Positions 1 through 11,013 of a stretch of 64,000 nucleotides of DNA are shown in pieces (positions within the stretch are counted from its first letter, which is position 1; every line of letters starts with the position of its first letter). The stretch covers positions 155,312-219,311 of the forward strand of contig CANRLH010000002.1 in the NCBI GenBank assembly GCA_947631455.1. The letters are read 5' to 3'. The notes beneath the pieces were generated by a model, which saw only the letters and a program-made list of their open reading frames with translations, was not told where the DNA came from and ran no database searches. The stretch is from an uncultured Clostridia bacterium (GTDB lineage Bacteria > Bacillota > Clostridia > Oscillospirales > Ruminococcaceae). Made by a program: the position numbers and the translations under genes.

Positions 1-290
1 CCGATACGGCAGCGGCGCTCAGAGCGGCAGAAATAGAGGCTGACATTTTCTTTAAAGGAACAATGGTAGACGGCGTTTATGATAAGGACCCGCACAAGTA
101 TGACGACGCCGTAAAGTTTGATACATTAAGCTTTAATGATATTATTTCAAAGGATCTCACGGTAATGGATTCTACTGCTGCGGCTCTTTGTAAAGATAAC
201 AACATTCCCATTTTAGTTTTTAATCTTGAAAATCCGGACAATATCTATGACGCTTGTATGGGCAAAAACGTTGGTACTGTCGTAAAGTAA
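1..290 (+). CDS. pyrH: UMP kinase, C-terminal fragment (gene starts upstream of window)
   Basis: The frame from nt 3 reads [33 protein letters not shown]...[20 protein letters not shown], typical of a PyrH C-terminus. It lies directly upstream of frr, as in most bacteria. Confidence 0.85.
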   Translation, partial: DTAAALRAAEIEADIFFKGTMVDGVYDKDPHKYDDAVKFDTLSFNDIISKDLTVMDSTAAALCKDNNIPILVFNLENPDNIYDACMGKNVGTVVK

Positions 291-312
291 TTATGTAACG
301 GAGGAAATTGAT

Positions 313-867
313 ATGAAAGAAGTACTGCAAAAATGCGAAAGTAAGATGAACAAGTCGGTTGACGTTTTAAAGGGAGAGTTTGCGGCTGTCAGAGCGGGAA
401 GGGCAAATCCTGCCGTGCTTGATAAGGTTCTGGTCGATTATTACGGAACGCCGACACCGATAAATCAGATGGCGGCTGTTTCCGTGAGCGAGGCAAGAGT
501 GCTTGTCATTCAGCCGTGGGATAAATCTACGCTAAAGAGCATTGAAAAAGCAATTCAGGCTTCCGACATAGGAATAAACCCGTCAAACGACGGAAGTGTA
601 CTCAGACTTGCGTTCCCGCAGCTTACTGAGGAGAGAAGAAAAGATCTCGTAAAGGAAATAAAGAAGATGGGCGAGGACTCAAAGGTCGGAATAAGAAACA
701 TTCGCCGTGACGGAATGGAGAAACTGAAGGCTCTTAAAAAGGACAACACCATAACCGAGGACGACCAGAAAAACGGTGAAAAGAAAATGCAGGAGCTAAC
801 GGATAAGTTTATAAAGAACATTGATATGCTTGTTGCGGAAAAGGAAAAAGAGGTTCTATCACTCTGA
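313..867 (+). CDS. frr: ribosome recycling factor
   Basis: 184 aa with GGAGG RBS. RRF-typical motifs are present (VRAGRANPAVLD, YYGTPTPINQMA, IRNIRRD). Confidence 0.95.
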   Translation: MKEVLQKCESKMNKSVDVLKGEFAAVRAGRANPAVLDKVLVDYYGTPTPINQMAAVSVSEARVLVIQPWDKSTLKSIEKAIQASDIGINPSNDGSVLRLAFPQLTEERRKDLVKEIKKMGEDSKVGIRNIRRDGMEKLKALKKDNTITEDDQKNGEKKMQELTDKFIKNIDMLVAEKEKEVLSL

Positions 868-1586
868 TGGCTCTTGACAGATTTAAGGGCGCAGAGGTGC
901 CAACGCATGTCGGAATTATAATGGACGGCAACGGCCGCTGGGCAAAAAAGCGAGGACTTCCGCGAAAGTTCGGACACCGCGAGGGGGCAAAGACATTTCG
1001 TAAGATAACCCGTCATGCAAAAAAGATCGGGATAAAATATCTTACGCTTTATGCGTTTTCAACAGAAAACTGGAAGCGTCCGAAGGACGAGGTCGATGCC
1101 ATTATGGAGCTTTTTGATAAGAACCTTGATGAGGTAAGGGATTTTATTGAGGAAAACATAAGGGTTCGCTTTATCGGAGACAGGACTATGCTTTCACCGT
1201 CATTGCAGAAGAAGATGAAAAGCGTTGAGGAGGACTCAAGGGATTTTGATTCGATGACCCTGGTTTTAGCGATAAATTATGGCGGACAGGATGAGATAAC
1301 AAGAGCCGTAAGAGCTATTGCCGGCAAAGTCAGTGAAGGTGAACTTGAGCCGAATGAAATTACAAGTGATATTATACAACACAGTCTTGACACAGGTGAT
1401 ATCCCGCCGGTCGATCTTATAATAAGGCCGAGCGGAGAACAGCGGATTTCTAACTTTCTGATCTGGCAGTCTGCATATGCGGAGTACATTTTTTCGGACA
1501 TATTGTGGCCTGATTACAGGCCTGAGGATCTGGAAGACGCAGTATATGAATTCATGAAAAGAAACAGAAGATTTGGAGGAGTTTAG
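867..1586 (+). CDS. uppS: undecaprenyl diphosphate synthase (cis-prenyltransferase)
   Basis: HVGIIMDGNGRWAKKRGLPR and YLTLYAFSTENWKRP motifs. TGATG overlap with frr. Confidence 0.95.
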   Translation: MALDRFKGAEVPTHVGIIMDGNGRWAKKRGLPRKFGHREGAKTFRKITRHAKKIGIKYLTLYAFSTENWKRPKDEVDAIMELFDKNLDEVRDFIEENIRVRFIGDRTMLSPSLQKKMKSVEEDSRDFDSMTLVLAINYGGQDEITRAVRAIAGKVSEGELEPNEITSDIIQHSLDTGDIPPVDLIIRPSGEQRISNFLIWQSAYAEYIFSDILWPDYRPEDLEDAVYEFMKRNRRFGGV

Positions 1587-1589
1587 GCG

Positions 1590-2429
1590 GTGAAGACCAG
1601 AATAATATCTGCGGCGGTAGCAATAGTGATTGCGGCAGTGGTACTGTTGCTGCACGATACTTACGTGCTTAATCTTGCGGTGGCGTTTCTTACGGGAACA
1701 GCGCTATTTGAACTGTTCGGAGCGGCAGGAGTAAGAAAGTACAAGCTTTTAAGCGTTATAAGCATAGTGTTTGCATGCAGTGTACCGTGCGTATGGCTTG
1801 GTGCAGAAATACTTTTTAAAAATGTGGATCAAAACATAATGTCTTACGTTATCGCGGTTGAGATATTTGCATACATTCTGGTTTTACTATGCCTGCTTTT
1901 GGCATATTATAAAACGGTGGAGTTTTCAAAGCTTTTCTTTGCAGGGTTTGAAACATTTTTTGTGACCGCTGCAATGTCCTGCCTGCTGATTATACACAAT
2001 GCCTACGGACTTATCGGTGTAATTTTCACCTTATGTGCCGCGTGGCTTGCGGACAGCGGAGCTTACTTTGCCGGAACATTTTTCGGGCACCACAAGCTCT
2101 GCCCTAATATAAGCCCTAAAAAAACAGTAGAGGGGCTTATCGGCGGAATAATATCCAACGGAATAATTTTGTGTATTGTTGCGCTTGTTTACAGATGTAT
2201 ATACAAAGGCGTTCAGATAAACTACCTGCTTTTATTTTTTGTTGGCTGTATAGCGGCAGTTGTGGGGCTTATCGGAGATCTTTCTGCGTCGCTAATAAAG
2301 CGTCAGGCTAAAATCAAGGACTACGGAAAGATAATGCCGGGGCACGGCGGAGTGATGGACAGATTTGACAGCGTGCTGCTTGTCGCGCCTTTTATGCTGA
2401 TTTCGTTTTGGTTATTTAATATAATTTAG
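1590..2429 (+). CDS. cdsA: phosphatidate cytidylyltransferase
   Basis: Polytopic membrane protein with the CdsA signature SLIKRQAKIKDYGKIMPGHGGVMDRFDS. GTG start 9 nt after GGAGGA. Confidence 0.9.
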   Translation: MKTRIISAAVAIVIAAVVLLLHDTYVLNLAVAFLTGTALFELFGAAGVRKYKLLSVISIVFACSVPCVWLGAEILFKNVDQNIMSYVIAVEIFAYILVLLCLLLAYYKTVEFSKLFFAGFETFFVTAAMSCLLIIHNAYGLIGVIFTLCAAWLADSGAYFAGTFFGHHKLCPNISPKKTVEGLIGGIISNGIILCIVALVYRCIYKGVQINYLLLFFVGCIAAVVGLIGDLSASLIKRQAKIKDYGKIMPGHGGVMDRFDSVLLVAPFMLISFWLFNII

Positions 2430-2487
2430 CTGATTAGGGGTGTGAATTTATTGCACCCCTATATTAAGTGTATTGGGGAAAATAATT

Positions 2488-3639
2488 ATGGAAAAGACTA
2501 TATCGATCCTGGGCTCGACCGGCTCGATCGGAACGCAGTCGCTTGAGGTAGCAAAAAAGCACGGGATCAAAGTAAAAGCTCTTGCGGCTAATTCAAACGC
2601 TGAGCTTTTGGCTGAGCAGATAAAAGAGTTTAAGCCTGGCGTTGTTTGCATATATGACAAAAATAAGGCTTACGAATTAAAAGAAATGATAAGTGGAGCT
2701 CCCGTTAAGGTTCTTACGGGTATGGATGGACTTTGTGAGATCGCTTCTCTTAACGGTGTTGATACGCTTGTAAACGCAGTTGTTGGAATAGTGGGTTTAA
2801 AGCCTACGCTTGCAGCAATTGACGCGGGAGTGGACGTTGCTCTTGCGAACAAAGAAACTCTTGTAACGGGCGGAAAGCTTGTCATAAACCGCGCGGCACA
2901 TAAGGGAGTTAAAATATATCCTATTGATTCTGAGCATTCAGCTATATTTCAATGCCTTCAGGGAAACGGAATGAATAATATTAAGAAAATCATTTTAACA
3001 GCTTCAGGCGGCCCTTTTTATGGAATGACCAAGGCGCAGCTTGGCAATGTAACCGTTGCCGAGGCGCTTAATCATCCAAACTGGTCAATGGGCAACAAAA
3101 TAACTATAGATTCCGCAACGCTTATGAATAAGGGGCTTGAGTTTATAGAGGCAATGTGGCTGTTTGATCTGTCTCCCGAGCAGATCGAGATAGTTGTTCA
3201 CAGAGAAAGCATTGTCCACTCTGCGGTTGAGTATGAGGACAATTCTGTCATTGCTCAGCTTGGAGTACCGGATATGAAGATACCGATTCAGTATGCGCTT
3301 TTGTATCCGAAAAGACTTGATTGTCCTACTAAGAGTTTATCGCTTACTGATATCGGAACGCTTCACTTCACAAAGCCCGATCTTGAAACTTTTGACTGCC
3401 TTGACGCGTGTATAAAGGCAATAACCACAGGCGGACGTATGCCGGCGGTTGTAAACGGTGCGAACGAAGCTGCAGTTGCGAGCTTTCTTGATGGTAAGAT
3501 AGGATTTTTGCAGATAGGTGAGCTTGTGAAAAGCGCCCTTGAGAGCATAGAGAACAAAAGTATTCAGTGCCTTGACGATGTGCTTTTGGCGGACCGTGCG
3601 GCAAGAGATTTTGTGAGAGGTAAAATAGAAGGGTGCTAG
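2488..3639 (+). CDS. dxr: 1-deoxy-D-xylulose 5-phosphate reductoisomerase
   Basis: ILGSTGSIGTQSL NADPH motif, DSEHSAIFQC, NHPNWSMGNKITIDSATLMNKGLE. The ATG at 2488 is preferred over the TTG at 2473 used in the ORF track. Confidence 0.95.
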   Translation: MEKTISILGSTGSIGTQSLEVAKKHGIKVKALAANSNAELLAEQIKEFKPGVVCIYDKNKAYELKEMISGAPVKVLTGMDGLCEIASLNGVDTLVNAVVGIVGLKPTLAAIDAGVDVALANKETLVTGGKLVINRAAHKGVKIYPIDSEHSAIFQCLQGNGMNNIKKIILTASGGPFYGMTKAQLGNVTVAEALNHPNWSMGNKITIDSATLMNKGLEFIEAMWLFDLSPEQIEIVVHRESIVHSAVEYEDNSVIAQLGVPDMKIPIQYALLYPKRLDCPTKSLSLTDIGTLHFTKPDLETFDCLDACIKAITTGGRMPAVVNGANEAAVASFLDGKIGFLQIGELVKSALESIENKSIQCLDDVLLADRAARDFVRGKIEGC

Positions 3640-3640
3640 A

Positions 3641-4690
3641 ATGAGCGGAGTAATTGGTGTAATAGTTGCAATAATAGTTTTCGGTCTTATTATTTTCATA
3701 CACGAGTTTGGTCATTTTATGGCGGCAAAGCTTTGCGGCGTAAAGGTAAACCAGTTTGCGATAGGAATGGGCCCTGCCATATTTAAGAAGCAAAAAGGCG
3801 AAACACTTTATGCGCTGAGGCTTTTCCCGTTCGGAGGATTCTGTGCGATGGAGGGCGAAAACGAGGACAGTGACAGCGATAGAGCCTTTTGCAACAAAAA
3901 GGTATGGCAGAGAATCATAATTGTTTGTGCGGGAGCGTTTATGAATCTCGTGCTCGGCTTTATCGTAGTAGTTATTATGATATCCACACAGGATGCGATC
4001 ACAAGCACGCAGATAAGCTGGTTTGAAGACGGCGCTTCATCTCAGCAAAGCGGTCTTATGTTAGGCGATGTGGTAAAAAGCATAAATGACTACCACATTT
4101 TTAGTGAGATTGATATGTCCTATCAGCTTCAGTCTGATAAAGACGGAGTTTTTGATTTCGTGGTAGAGCGTGACGGAAAAGAGATTGAGTTGAGCGGTGT
4201 TGAGTTTAAAAAAGATAACAATGTTTTGCACCTTGACTTTAAAGTAAATCCTATTAAGATAAACCCGATCACCGTGGCTGAATACAGCGCAAAGACCTGT
4301 GTTTCTTATGCAAGACTGGTGCTGGTTTCTCTCAAGGATCTGATAATCGGCAGGTATAAGATAAACGATCTTTCAGGTCCCGTGGGAATAGTTGATGTTA
4401 TGAGCGGCGTTGTGGACGGATACGCAAAAGAGAGCGGAATTGACTGGTATAGTCTTATTCAGCAGTTGTTATCTCTTGCGGCGCTGATAACGATAAATGT
4501 GGGAATATTTAACCTTTTGCCGCTGCCTGCGCTTGACGGAGGAAGGCTCGTGTTCTTGATAATAGAAGGGATCCGTCGAAAGCCTGTTCCGGCAAAGTAC
4601 GAGGGATATGTTCACGCAGCGGGGCTTGCGCTTTTGATGGCGCTTATGGTTTATATAACGGCGCATGACATATTCAAACTGTTCGGTTAG
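3641..4690 (+). CDS. rseP: RIP (site-2) zinc metalloprotease, RseP/RasP family
   Basis: HEFGHFMAAK zinc motif in TM1, central PDZ-like segment, C-terminal NLLPLPALDGG motif. Confidence 0.9.
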   Translation: MSGVIGVIVAIIVFGLIIFIHEFGHFMAAKLCGVKVNQFAIGMGPAIFKKQKGETLYALRLFPFGGFCAMEGENEDSDSDRAFCNKKVWQRIIIVCAGAFMNLVLGFIVVVIMISTQDAITSTQISWFEDGASSQQSGLMLGDVVKSINDYHIFSEIDMSYQLQSDKDGVFDFVVERDGKEIELSGVEFKKDNNVLHLDFKVNPIKINPITVAEYSAKTCVSYARLVLVSLKDLIIGRYKINDLSGPVGIVDVMSGVVDGYAKESGIDWYSLIQQLLSLAALITINVGIFNLLPLPALDGGRLVFLIIEGIRRKPVPAKYEGYVHAAGLALLMALMVYITAHDIFKLFG

Positions 4691-4699
4691 GAGATTTTT

Positions 4700-5737
4700 A
4701 TGAGGGAGTTAAAAAATGTCAGGGTAGGAAATCTTACGCTTGACGGTAAAAGGATATATATCCAGTCTATGTTAAATGTTCCATCAACTGATATAGAGGG
4801 AAGCGTAAAACAGGCAAAAGCTCTTGAGAAGGCAGGTTGTGAAATTATCCGTGCGGCAGTGCCTGATATGGATGCAGTGCGGTTGATTCCTGCAATAAAA
4901 AAAGAGGTAAAGGCTCCTGTTGTCGCCGATATTCACTTTGATTACAGACTGGCTCTTGCGGCAGCGGATGCAGGCGTTGATAAGATAAGAATAAATCCGG
5001 GAAATATCGGTTCAATTGACAGAGTAAAGGCTGTTGTTGATAAGTGTGCCGAGAGAAAGATTCCTATACGTATAGGAGTAAATTCAGGTTCTCTTGAAAA
5101 GGAGCTTTTAACAAAATACGGCTCACCATGCTCAGACGCGCTGGTTGAAAGCGCTATGAGACACGTGAGGATTTTAGAAGACCTGGGATTTTTTGATATA
5201 GTTATATCAATAAAATCTTCAAACGTCAAGATCATGACTGAGAGTTACCGAAAGCTTGCAGGAATATGTAATTATCCCCTGCATCTTGGAGTAACTGAAG
5301 CGGGTACAGAGCGAATGGGCGTGATAAAATCAGCCGTCGGCATTGGCTCGTTGCTGCTCGACGGAATAGGCGAGACTATTCGGGTGTCGCTTACCGATGA
5401 TCCCGTGCTTGAGGTAAGGGCGGCAAGGGACATATTAAAGGCGATAGACAAGACAGGCGGCGTTAAGATAGTTTCGTGCCCTACATGCGGAAGAACCAGA
5501 ATAGATCTTATTTCTCTTGCGAAAGAGGTCGAGCGCGCAACGCTTGACATTGATAAAGATATAACGGTTGCGGTTATGGGGTGCATAGTAAACGGCCCGG
5601 GAGAGGCGCGAGAAGCTGATATCGGGCTTGCGGGCGGCGACGGCGTTGCCGTGATTTTCAAGGGCGATAGGGTTATAAAAAAGGTCGCTGAAAGCGAAGC
5701 GATAAAAGAGCTTTTAGATGAGATCCAAAAGCTTTAG
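4700..5737 (+). CDS. ispG: 4-hydroxy-3-methylbut-2-en-1-yl diphosphate synthase
   Basis: IRINPGNIG, SCPTCGRT and GCIVNGPGEA motifs typical of IspG/GcpE. Confidence 0.95.
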   Translation: MRELKNVRVGNLTLDGKRIYIQSMLNVPSTDIEGSVKQAKALEKAGCEIIRAAVPDMDAVRLIPAIKKEVKAPVVADIHFDYRLALAAADAGVDKIRINPGNIGSIDRVKAVVDKCAERKIPIRIGVNSGSLEKELLTKYGSPCSDALVESAMRHVRILEDLGFFDIVISIKSSNVKIMTESYRKLAGICNYPLHLGVTEAGTERMGVIKSAVGIGSLLLDGIGETIRVSLTDDPVLEVRAARDILKAIDKTGGVKIVSCPTCGRTRIDLISLAKEVERATLDIDKDITVAVMGCIVNGPGEAREADIGLAGGDGVAVIFKGDRVIKKVAESEAIKELLDEIQKL

Positions 5738-5764
5738 AAAAAATGGTGCGCGAAAGGAAAAGAC

Positions 5765-8700
5765 ATGGAAAAATACAGTTTAGCGGGGTTTTTTGAAGAA
5801 TATGCAAAGCTTATTCCTCGCTCGTGTGAAGATGCGAGAATTTTAAAAATATATACAAATGAGGAGCATACGTCAATTAAATGCGTCTGTGCGTTTTCGT
5901 CTCTCGCACCGTATGCGGACATAAAAGCGGCGGAGAAAAATTTACGCGATGCACTTTGTTTGAGTGAATTTATAATAGAGCCGCATTTTCAGCCGGATAT
6001 GCTGTGCTGCGAGTATTTTCCGGAGATAGTTTTATTTTTAAAGGACGAATTTTCCGTTGTAAACGGATTTTTTGAAGGTGCGAAGGCAAGCCTTTCAGAC
6101 GGCAGACTAGATATCGAGCTTACCGGAGGCGGATATAATCTGCTTAAATCAGCGGGGGTCGAAACCGCTTTGCCAAAGCTTATTTATAAGCTTTTTTCGA
6201 CAAGTATATCGGTAAATTTTACGGGAAAGCTTGTGCTTGAGCGTGAGCAGGCTTTTGAAAATCACCAAAAAGCGCTTGAGAGCATTCCTATTCCTGAATT
6301 TACTTCTGCGAAGAAGAAGGAGAAGTCAGTCGGCGAGTTTTCCCGATGCACTGCTGATTTTACAAGATATATGCTCAACGCTGAGAATGCACAGGTGCTT
6401 AAAGGCAAGCGTATTGATTCGGGCGTTGATCTTGTGCCGCTTGTCAATTTGCAGGCAGGTATGGAAAAGGTTGCGGTCTGGGGAGATGTTTTCTCGATTG
6501 ACACCAGAGAAACAAAAAACGGAATGCTTATAGCTTTGATATACATAACCGACTATACAAACTCATACGTGGTAAAAATGCTCGGCTCAGTGAATAAAAG
6601 GGCAAGGCTTACCAAGGACATGCTGTCGGCGATCATGGATAATATCAAAAAAGGTTCTACACTTATCGTAAGAGGAAACGTAGTCGAGGATACATATGAA
6701 AAATCCGTCAACATAGAGCCTGAAGATATTATGGCGGTAAAGCGTATACTTAAAAAGGACACATATGAGCAAAAAAGAGTTGAACTGCACTGCCACACAA
6801 ACATGTCCGCAATGGACGCGCTTACTCCTGCGGACAAGCTTGTTATTCGGGCGTTTTCATGGGGACACAAGGCTCTGGCTATCACCGACCACGGAGTTTG
6901 TCAGGGATTTCCCGATGCCATGTACTGCGCTGACAAAATAAAGAAAGACGGCGGAGAATTTAAGATAATATACGGCATTGAGGCTTATGAGGTAAACGAT
7001 GACAACGGTGAAGACCCGCTTGAGGTAAAAAGACCTTACCACCAGATTATTCTGGCAAAAGACAAGGTAGGCTTAAAGAATCTATACAAGCTCGTTTCTT
7101 ATTCAAACCTCAAGTATTTTTACAAAAGACCGAGAATACCAAAGTCTGAGCTTATAAAGCACCGGGAAGGGCTTATTGTAGGAAGCGCCTGTGAAGCGGG
7201 AGAGGTAATACAGGCGTATTTAAGAGGTGAGCCGTACGACAGGATAAAAAGCCTGGCTGAGTTTTACGATTATCTCGAGATACAGCCGATAAAAAACAAC
7301 CTGTTTATGCTCAGAAGTGACAAAGAGCCTTACGATAAGATAAAAACAGAGCAGGATATAATTGAGATAAATAAGTTTATAGTTAAGCTCGGTGAGGATT
7401 TGGGAAAACCGGTTTGTGCCACGGGAGACGTTCATTTTATGGACGAGTCAGACGCCATGTTCAGATCGATCTTACAAGCCGGACAGGGCTATACTGATGC
7501 TGATTTTCAGCCTCCCATACATTTTAAAACAACCGATGAGATGATGGAGGAGTTTTCAGCATATTTGGGTGAAGAAAAGGCAAGAGAGGTTGTCATCACC
7601 AACACAAACAAGATCGCCGATATGACCGATCCTGAGCTGAGAGCTTTTCCAAAGGGAACCTTTACGCCGCATATCGACGGCGCAGATGAGGAGCTTGAAG
7701 AAATCTGCTGGAGCAGGGCAAAACAGATTTACGGAGATCCTTTGCCTAAGATAGTTCACGACAGACTCAAGCGGGAGCTGGATTCTATCATAAAGCACGG
7801 GTTCGCAGTGCTTTATGTGATCGCCAAAAGACTTGTTGCCAATTCAGTGGAAAACGGGTATCAGGTCGGTTCAAGAGGCTCGGTCGGATCGTCGTTTGTC
7901 GCGTCAATGTCCGGAATATCGGAGGTCAACCCGCTTGTTCCGCACTATGTCTGCCCCGAGTGTAAGTACAGCGAGTTTATCACCGACGGAACAGTAGGTT
8001 CGGGGTATGATCTGCCGCCGAAAAACTGCCCTAAGTGCTCTGCCATGATGAACAGAGACGGGCACGATATACCGTTTGAAACGTTCCTTGGATTTAACGG
8101 TGATAAGTCACCTGATATCGACCTTAACTTTTCGGGAGACTATCAGTCTAAAGCTCACAAATACACAGAGGAGCTTTTCGGACAAGATCACGTTTTCAAA
8201 GCGGGAACTATAAGCTCCGTAGCGGAAAAGACAGCAAAGGGATTTGTGCTTAAGTACCTTGAGGAGCGCGGCAGAACGGCAAGCCCTGCGGAGGTTCAAA
8301 GACTTGCCGCAGGCTGCACGGGAGTTAAAAGAACTACCGGACAGCACCCGGGGGGAATGGTAGTTATTCCTGACGATTATGAGGTTTATGACTTTACGCC
8401 TGTTCAGCACCCGGCGGAAAAAACAGACGCTGATATAGTTACGACGCACTTTGATTTTAACTCTTTGCATGATACTATACTCAAGCTTGATGAGCTGGGA
8501 CACGATGTTCCGACGCTGTATAAATATCTTGAGGATATGACAGGACTTGACGTAACAAAGATCGACATGTCAGACAAAGCGGTATATTCGCTTTTCACAT
8601 CTACTGAGGCGCTTGGCGTTGAGCCTGACGAGATTTTCTCCCAGACGGGAACCTTGGCAATTCCTGAAATGGGAACGCCTTTTGTAAGGCAGATGCTTTT

Positions 8701-9538
8701 AGATGCAAACCCGCAAAACTTTTCCGATCTATTGCAGATCTCCGGCCTTTCACACGGAACTGATGTGTGGCTTGGAAATGCACAGGAGCTTATCAAAAAC
8801 GGAACCTGCACGATTTCAGAGGTTATCGGAACGCGTGACAGTATAATGACTTATCTCATATATCACGGAGTTGACCCGTCGCTTTCGTTTAAAATCATGG
8901 AGATCACGAGAAAAGGAAACGCACCCAAGCTGCTTACTGAAGAGATGAAGCAGGATATGCTTGATCACAACGTTCCGCAGTGGTATATAGATTCATGTCT
9001 TAAAATAAAGTATATGTTCCCAAAGGCTCACGCAGCAGCTTATGTTACCGCTGCGATAAGACTCGCGTGGTTTAAGGTTCACAAACCGCTTGAGTTTTAC
9101 TCTGCTATTTTCACTGTAAGAGGAGAGGACTTTGACGCAGAGAGCGCAATGCAGGGTAAGGAAGCTGTTCAGTTTAAGATAAAAGAACTGAAGATGAGGG
9201 AAGACAAAACAGCCAAGGACGAGGGAACACTGGAAACACTCATGATAATAAACGAAATGCTTTGCAGGGGATATGAGTTTTTGCCGATCGATATAAACAA
9301 AAGCCACGCAACCGTTTACATAAGAGAGGACAACAAGCTGAGATTGCCGTTTATATCACTTAACGGCGTAGGAGAAAGTGCGGCTCAAAGCTTGTATGAA
9401 AAAGCGCAAAACGGCGATTTCCTGTCAATTGAGGAGTTTGCCAGTCAGTCTGGAGTTTCAAAGTCTGTTATAGATACTCTCACTTCTATGGGAGCCTTCG
9501 GCAGTCTGCCGCAAAGCAGTCAGTACAGTCTTTTTTAG
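5765..9538 (+). CDS. polC: DNA polymerase III alpha, PolC-type, without recognisable 3'-5' exonuclease insertion
   Basis: 1257 aa. It has a PolC N-terminal domain, an OB fold ([18 protein letters not shown]), a PHP domain ([23 protein letters not shown]) and the PolC Zn finger CPECKYSEF...CPKC, plus a polymerase core and C-terminal HhH. No DEDDh motifs were seen. Confidence 0.9.
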   Translation: MEKYSLAGFFEEYAKLIPRSCEDARILKIYTNEEHTSIKCVCAFSSLAPYADIKAAEKNLRDALCLSEFIIEPHFQPDMLCCEYFPEIVLFLKDEFSVVNGFFEGAKASLSDGRLDIELTGGGYNLLKSAGVETALPKLIYKLFSTSISVNFTGKLVLEREQAFENHQKALESIPIPEFTSAKKKEKSVGEFSRCTADFTRYMLNAENAQVLKGKRIDSGVDLVPLVNLQAGMEKVAVWGDVFSIDTRETKNGMLIALIYITDYTNSYVVKMLGSVNKRARLTKDMLSAIMDNIKKGSTLIVRGNVVEDTYEKSVNIEPEDIMAVKRILKKDTYEQKRVELHCHTNMSAMDALTPADKLVIRAFSWGHKALAITDHGVCQGFPDAMYCADKIKKDGGEFKIIYGIEAYEVNDDNGEDPLEVKRPYHQIILAKDKVGLKNLYKLVSYSNLKYFYKRPRIPKSELIKHREGLIVGSACEAGEVIQAYLRGEPYDRIKSLAEFYDYLEIQPIKNNLFMLRSDKEPYDKIKTEQDIIEINKFIVKLGEDLGKPVCATGDVHFMDESDAMFRSILQAGQGYTDADFQPPIHFKTTDEMMEEFSAYLGEEKAREVVITNTNKIADMTDPELRAFPKGTFTPHIDGADEELEEICWSRAKQIYGDPLPKIVHDRLKRELDSIIKHGFAVLYVIAKRLVANSVENGYQVGSRGSVGSSFVASMSGISEVNPLVPHYVCPECKYSEFITDGTVGSGYDLPPKNCPKCSAMMNRDGHDIPFETFLGFNGDKSPDIDLNFSGDYQSKAHKYTEELFGQDHVFKAGTISSVAEKTAKGFVLKYLEERGRTASPAEVQRLAAGCTGVKRTTGQHPGGMVVIPDDYEVYDFTPVQHPAEKTDADIVTTHFDFNSLHDTILKLDELGHDVPTLYKYLEDMTGLDVTKIDMSDKAVYSLFTSTEALGVEPDEIFSQTGTLAIPEMGTPFVRQMLLDANPQNFSDLLQISGLSHGTDVWLGNAQELIKNGTCTISEVIGTRDSIMTYLIYHGVDPSLSFKIMEITRKGNAPKLLTEEMKQDMLDHNVPQWYIDSCLKIKYMFPKAHAAAYVTAAIRLAWFKVHKPLEFYSAIFTVRGEDFDAESAMQGKEAVQFKIKELKMREDKTAKDEGTLETLMIINEMLCRGYEFLPIDINKSHATVYIREDNKLRLPFISLNGVGESAAQSLYEKAQNGDFLSIEEFASQSGVSKSVIDTLTSMGAFGSLPQSSQYSLF

Positions 9539-9708
9539 AATAAAATTTCCCGATATTTTTGCTTTAAAATGTTAATAAGGTGTGAAATATGTAAACATAT
9601 TGTGAACAAACATAAGATATTTTATTTATAATGCACGTTTGCGTACATTTTTTTCGATTTTTGCGCTATTAGTAGAGAGGTTTTTTAAAACCATTTAAAA
9701 TAAAACTG

Positions 9709-9737
9709 TTGACAAGATGCCTTTTGTATGTTATTAT
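9709..9737 (+). promoter_or_regulatory. sigma-A-type promoter for the his operon
   Basis: TTGACA (9709-9714), 17-nt spacer, TATTAT (9732-9737) preceded by a TGt extended -10. It sits about 65 nt upstream of the hisZ start. Confidence 0.6.
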
Positions 9738-9801
9738 GTTAATATGATAGCGTGATATCACTTTAGCACATTAAAGCAAGTGACAGAATGGAGAGAACAG
9801 A

Positions 9802-11013
9802 ATGAAAAGATATGAGCTTATCACCCCGGAGGGAACAAGGGATCTGCTTTTTGACGAATGTCTTGCAAAACGCGAGGCAGAAAAAAGGATATCCGGGATA
9901 TTTAAAAGCCACGGATACAGCGAAGTTGTCACGACAGGTATAGAATTTTACGATGTGTTTTCAAAAGGCTCAAGAACGGTAAAGCAGGAGGCGCTTTATA
10001 AGCTTACTGATTCAAAAGGCAGACTTATAGTTCTTAGGCCTGATTCAACTATACCTATCGCGAGACTTGTTGCGACAAGATTAAAAAGCGCAAGTTTGCC
10101 GCTGAGGCTTTTTTATAATCAGCCGTATTTTGAAAACAATGCTCTTTTAAAGGGACATTCCGATGAGGTAACTCAGGCGGGAGTTGAATTTATAGGGACA
10201 AAATCAAGAAGGGCGGATTTTGAGGTCTTGTCACTGGCGGTAGAGACGCTTTCGGCGATCGATAAAGATTTTCGCATAGAGATCGGAAACGTAGGGCTTT
10301 TCAAGGAGCTCGTTTCAAATCTTAATACTGACCGTGACACGGCAGAGCAGATAAGATATTTTATCGTAAATAAAAACTATCCTGCACTTAACGATCTGCT
10401 TGATACATTTGGTGACAGTGAGGTTATAAGGGCACTTAAGGAGCTTCCTCGTCTTTTCGGCAAAAAAGAGGTCTTTAAAAGAGCTTCAAAGCACTTTGTC
10501 AATGAGAAGATAGAGGAAATTTTAAAGGATCTTGAATATGTATACGACTCACTTTCAAAGCTGGGCATTGAGGAAAACCTTTCGGTAGATCTGGGTTCGG
10601 TCAATAAGATCGACTACTATACGGGACTCACCTTTAAAGGATATTTTGAGGGAATTGGAGAGGATGTTCTGGCAGGCGGAAGATACAACCACCTCATTTC
10701 CGAATTCGGATACGACCAGCCGGCTACCGGCTTTGGGATAAATGTAAATGCCTGTGCGTCTCTTTTGCTTAAAAACGGCAGCGCACCAAAGACTAAAATA
10801 AGTGATGTTCTGGTTTTTTCTCAGATGGAATATGTGATGAAAGCAATAAGCTATGCAAACTCTCTGGCAAAAAGCGGTCTTGTCGTTGAGAACTCGGTCT
10901 TTGAAACACTTGATATGACAAAGGAGTACGCCATTAAAAAGGGAATACCAAAGCTTGTTTTGGTTAGTGAAAAAATAGAGGAAATAGATATGAAAGGCGG
11001 TGTAAGTAATTGA
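9802..11013 (+). CDS. hisZ: ATP phosphoribosyltransferase regulatory subunit (HisRS paralog)
   Basis: 403 aa HisRS-like core without an anticodon-binding function. It is 4-nt-overlapped with a short-form hisG. Confidence 0.85.
   Translation: MKRYELITPEGTRDLLFDECLAKREAEKRISGIFKSHGYSEVVTTGIEFYDVFSKGSRTVKQEALYKLTDSKGRLIVLRPDSTIPIARLVATRLKSASLPLRLFYNQPYFENNALLKGHSDEVTQAGVEFIGTKSRRADFEVLSLAVETLSAIDKDFRIEIGNVGLFKELVSNLNTDRDTAEQIRYFIVNKNYPALNDLLDTFGDSEVIRALKELPRLFGKKEVFKRASKHFVNEKIEEILKDLEYVYDSLSKLGIEENLSVDLGSVNKIDYYTGLTFKGYFEGIGEDVLAGGRYNHLISEFGYDQPATGFGINVNACASLLLKNGSAPKTKISDVLVFSQMEYVMKAISYANSLAKSGLVVENSVFETLDMTKEYAIKKGIPKLVLVSEKIEEIDMKGGVSN

Noticed and set aside
6231-6533. 100-aa alternative-frame plus-strand ORF within polC, and similar internal ORFs (12578-12805 in hisD, 21606-21788 and 21908-22126 in addB).
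   Set aside because: They overlap the conserved reading frames of recognisable enzymes and show no independent start signals.
9540-9801. Possible T-box or histidine attenuator leader upstream of hisZ.
   Set aside because: The promoter at 9709-9737 leaves only about 65 nt of leader. I found no T-box consensus, no specifier/antiterminator architecture, no terminator and no His-codon-rich leader peptide.
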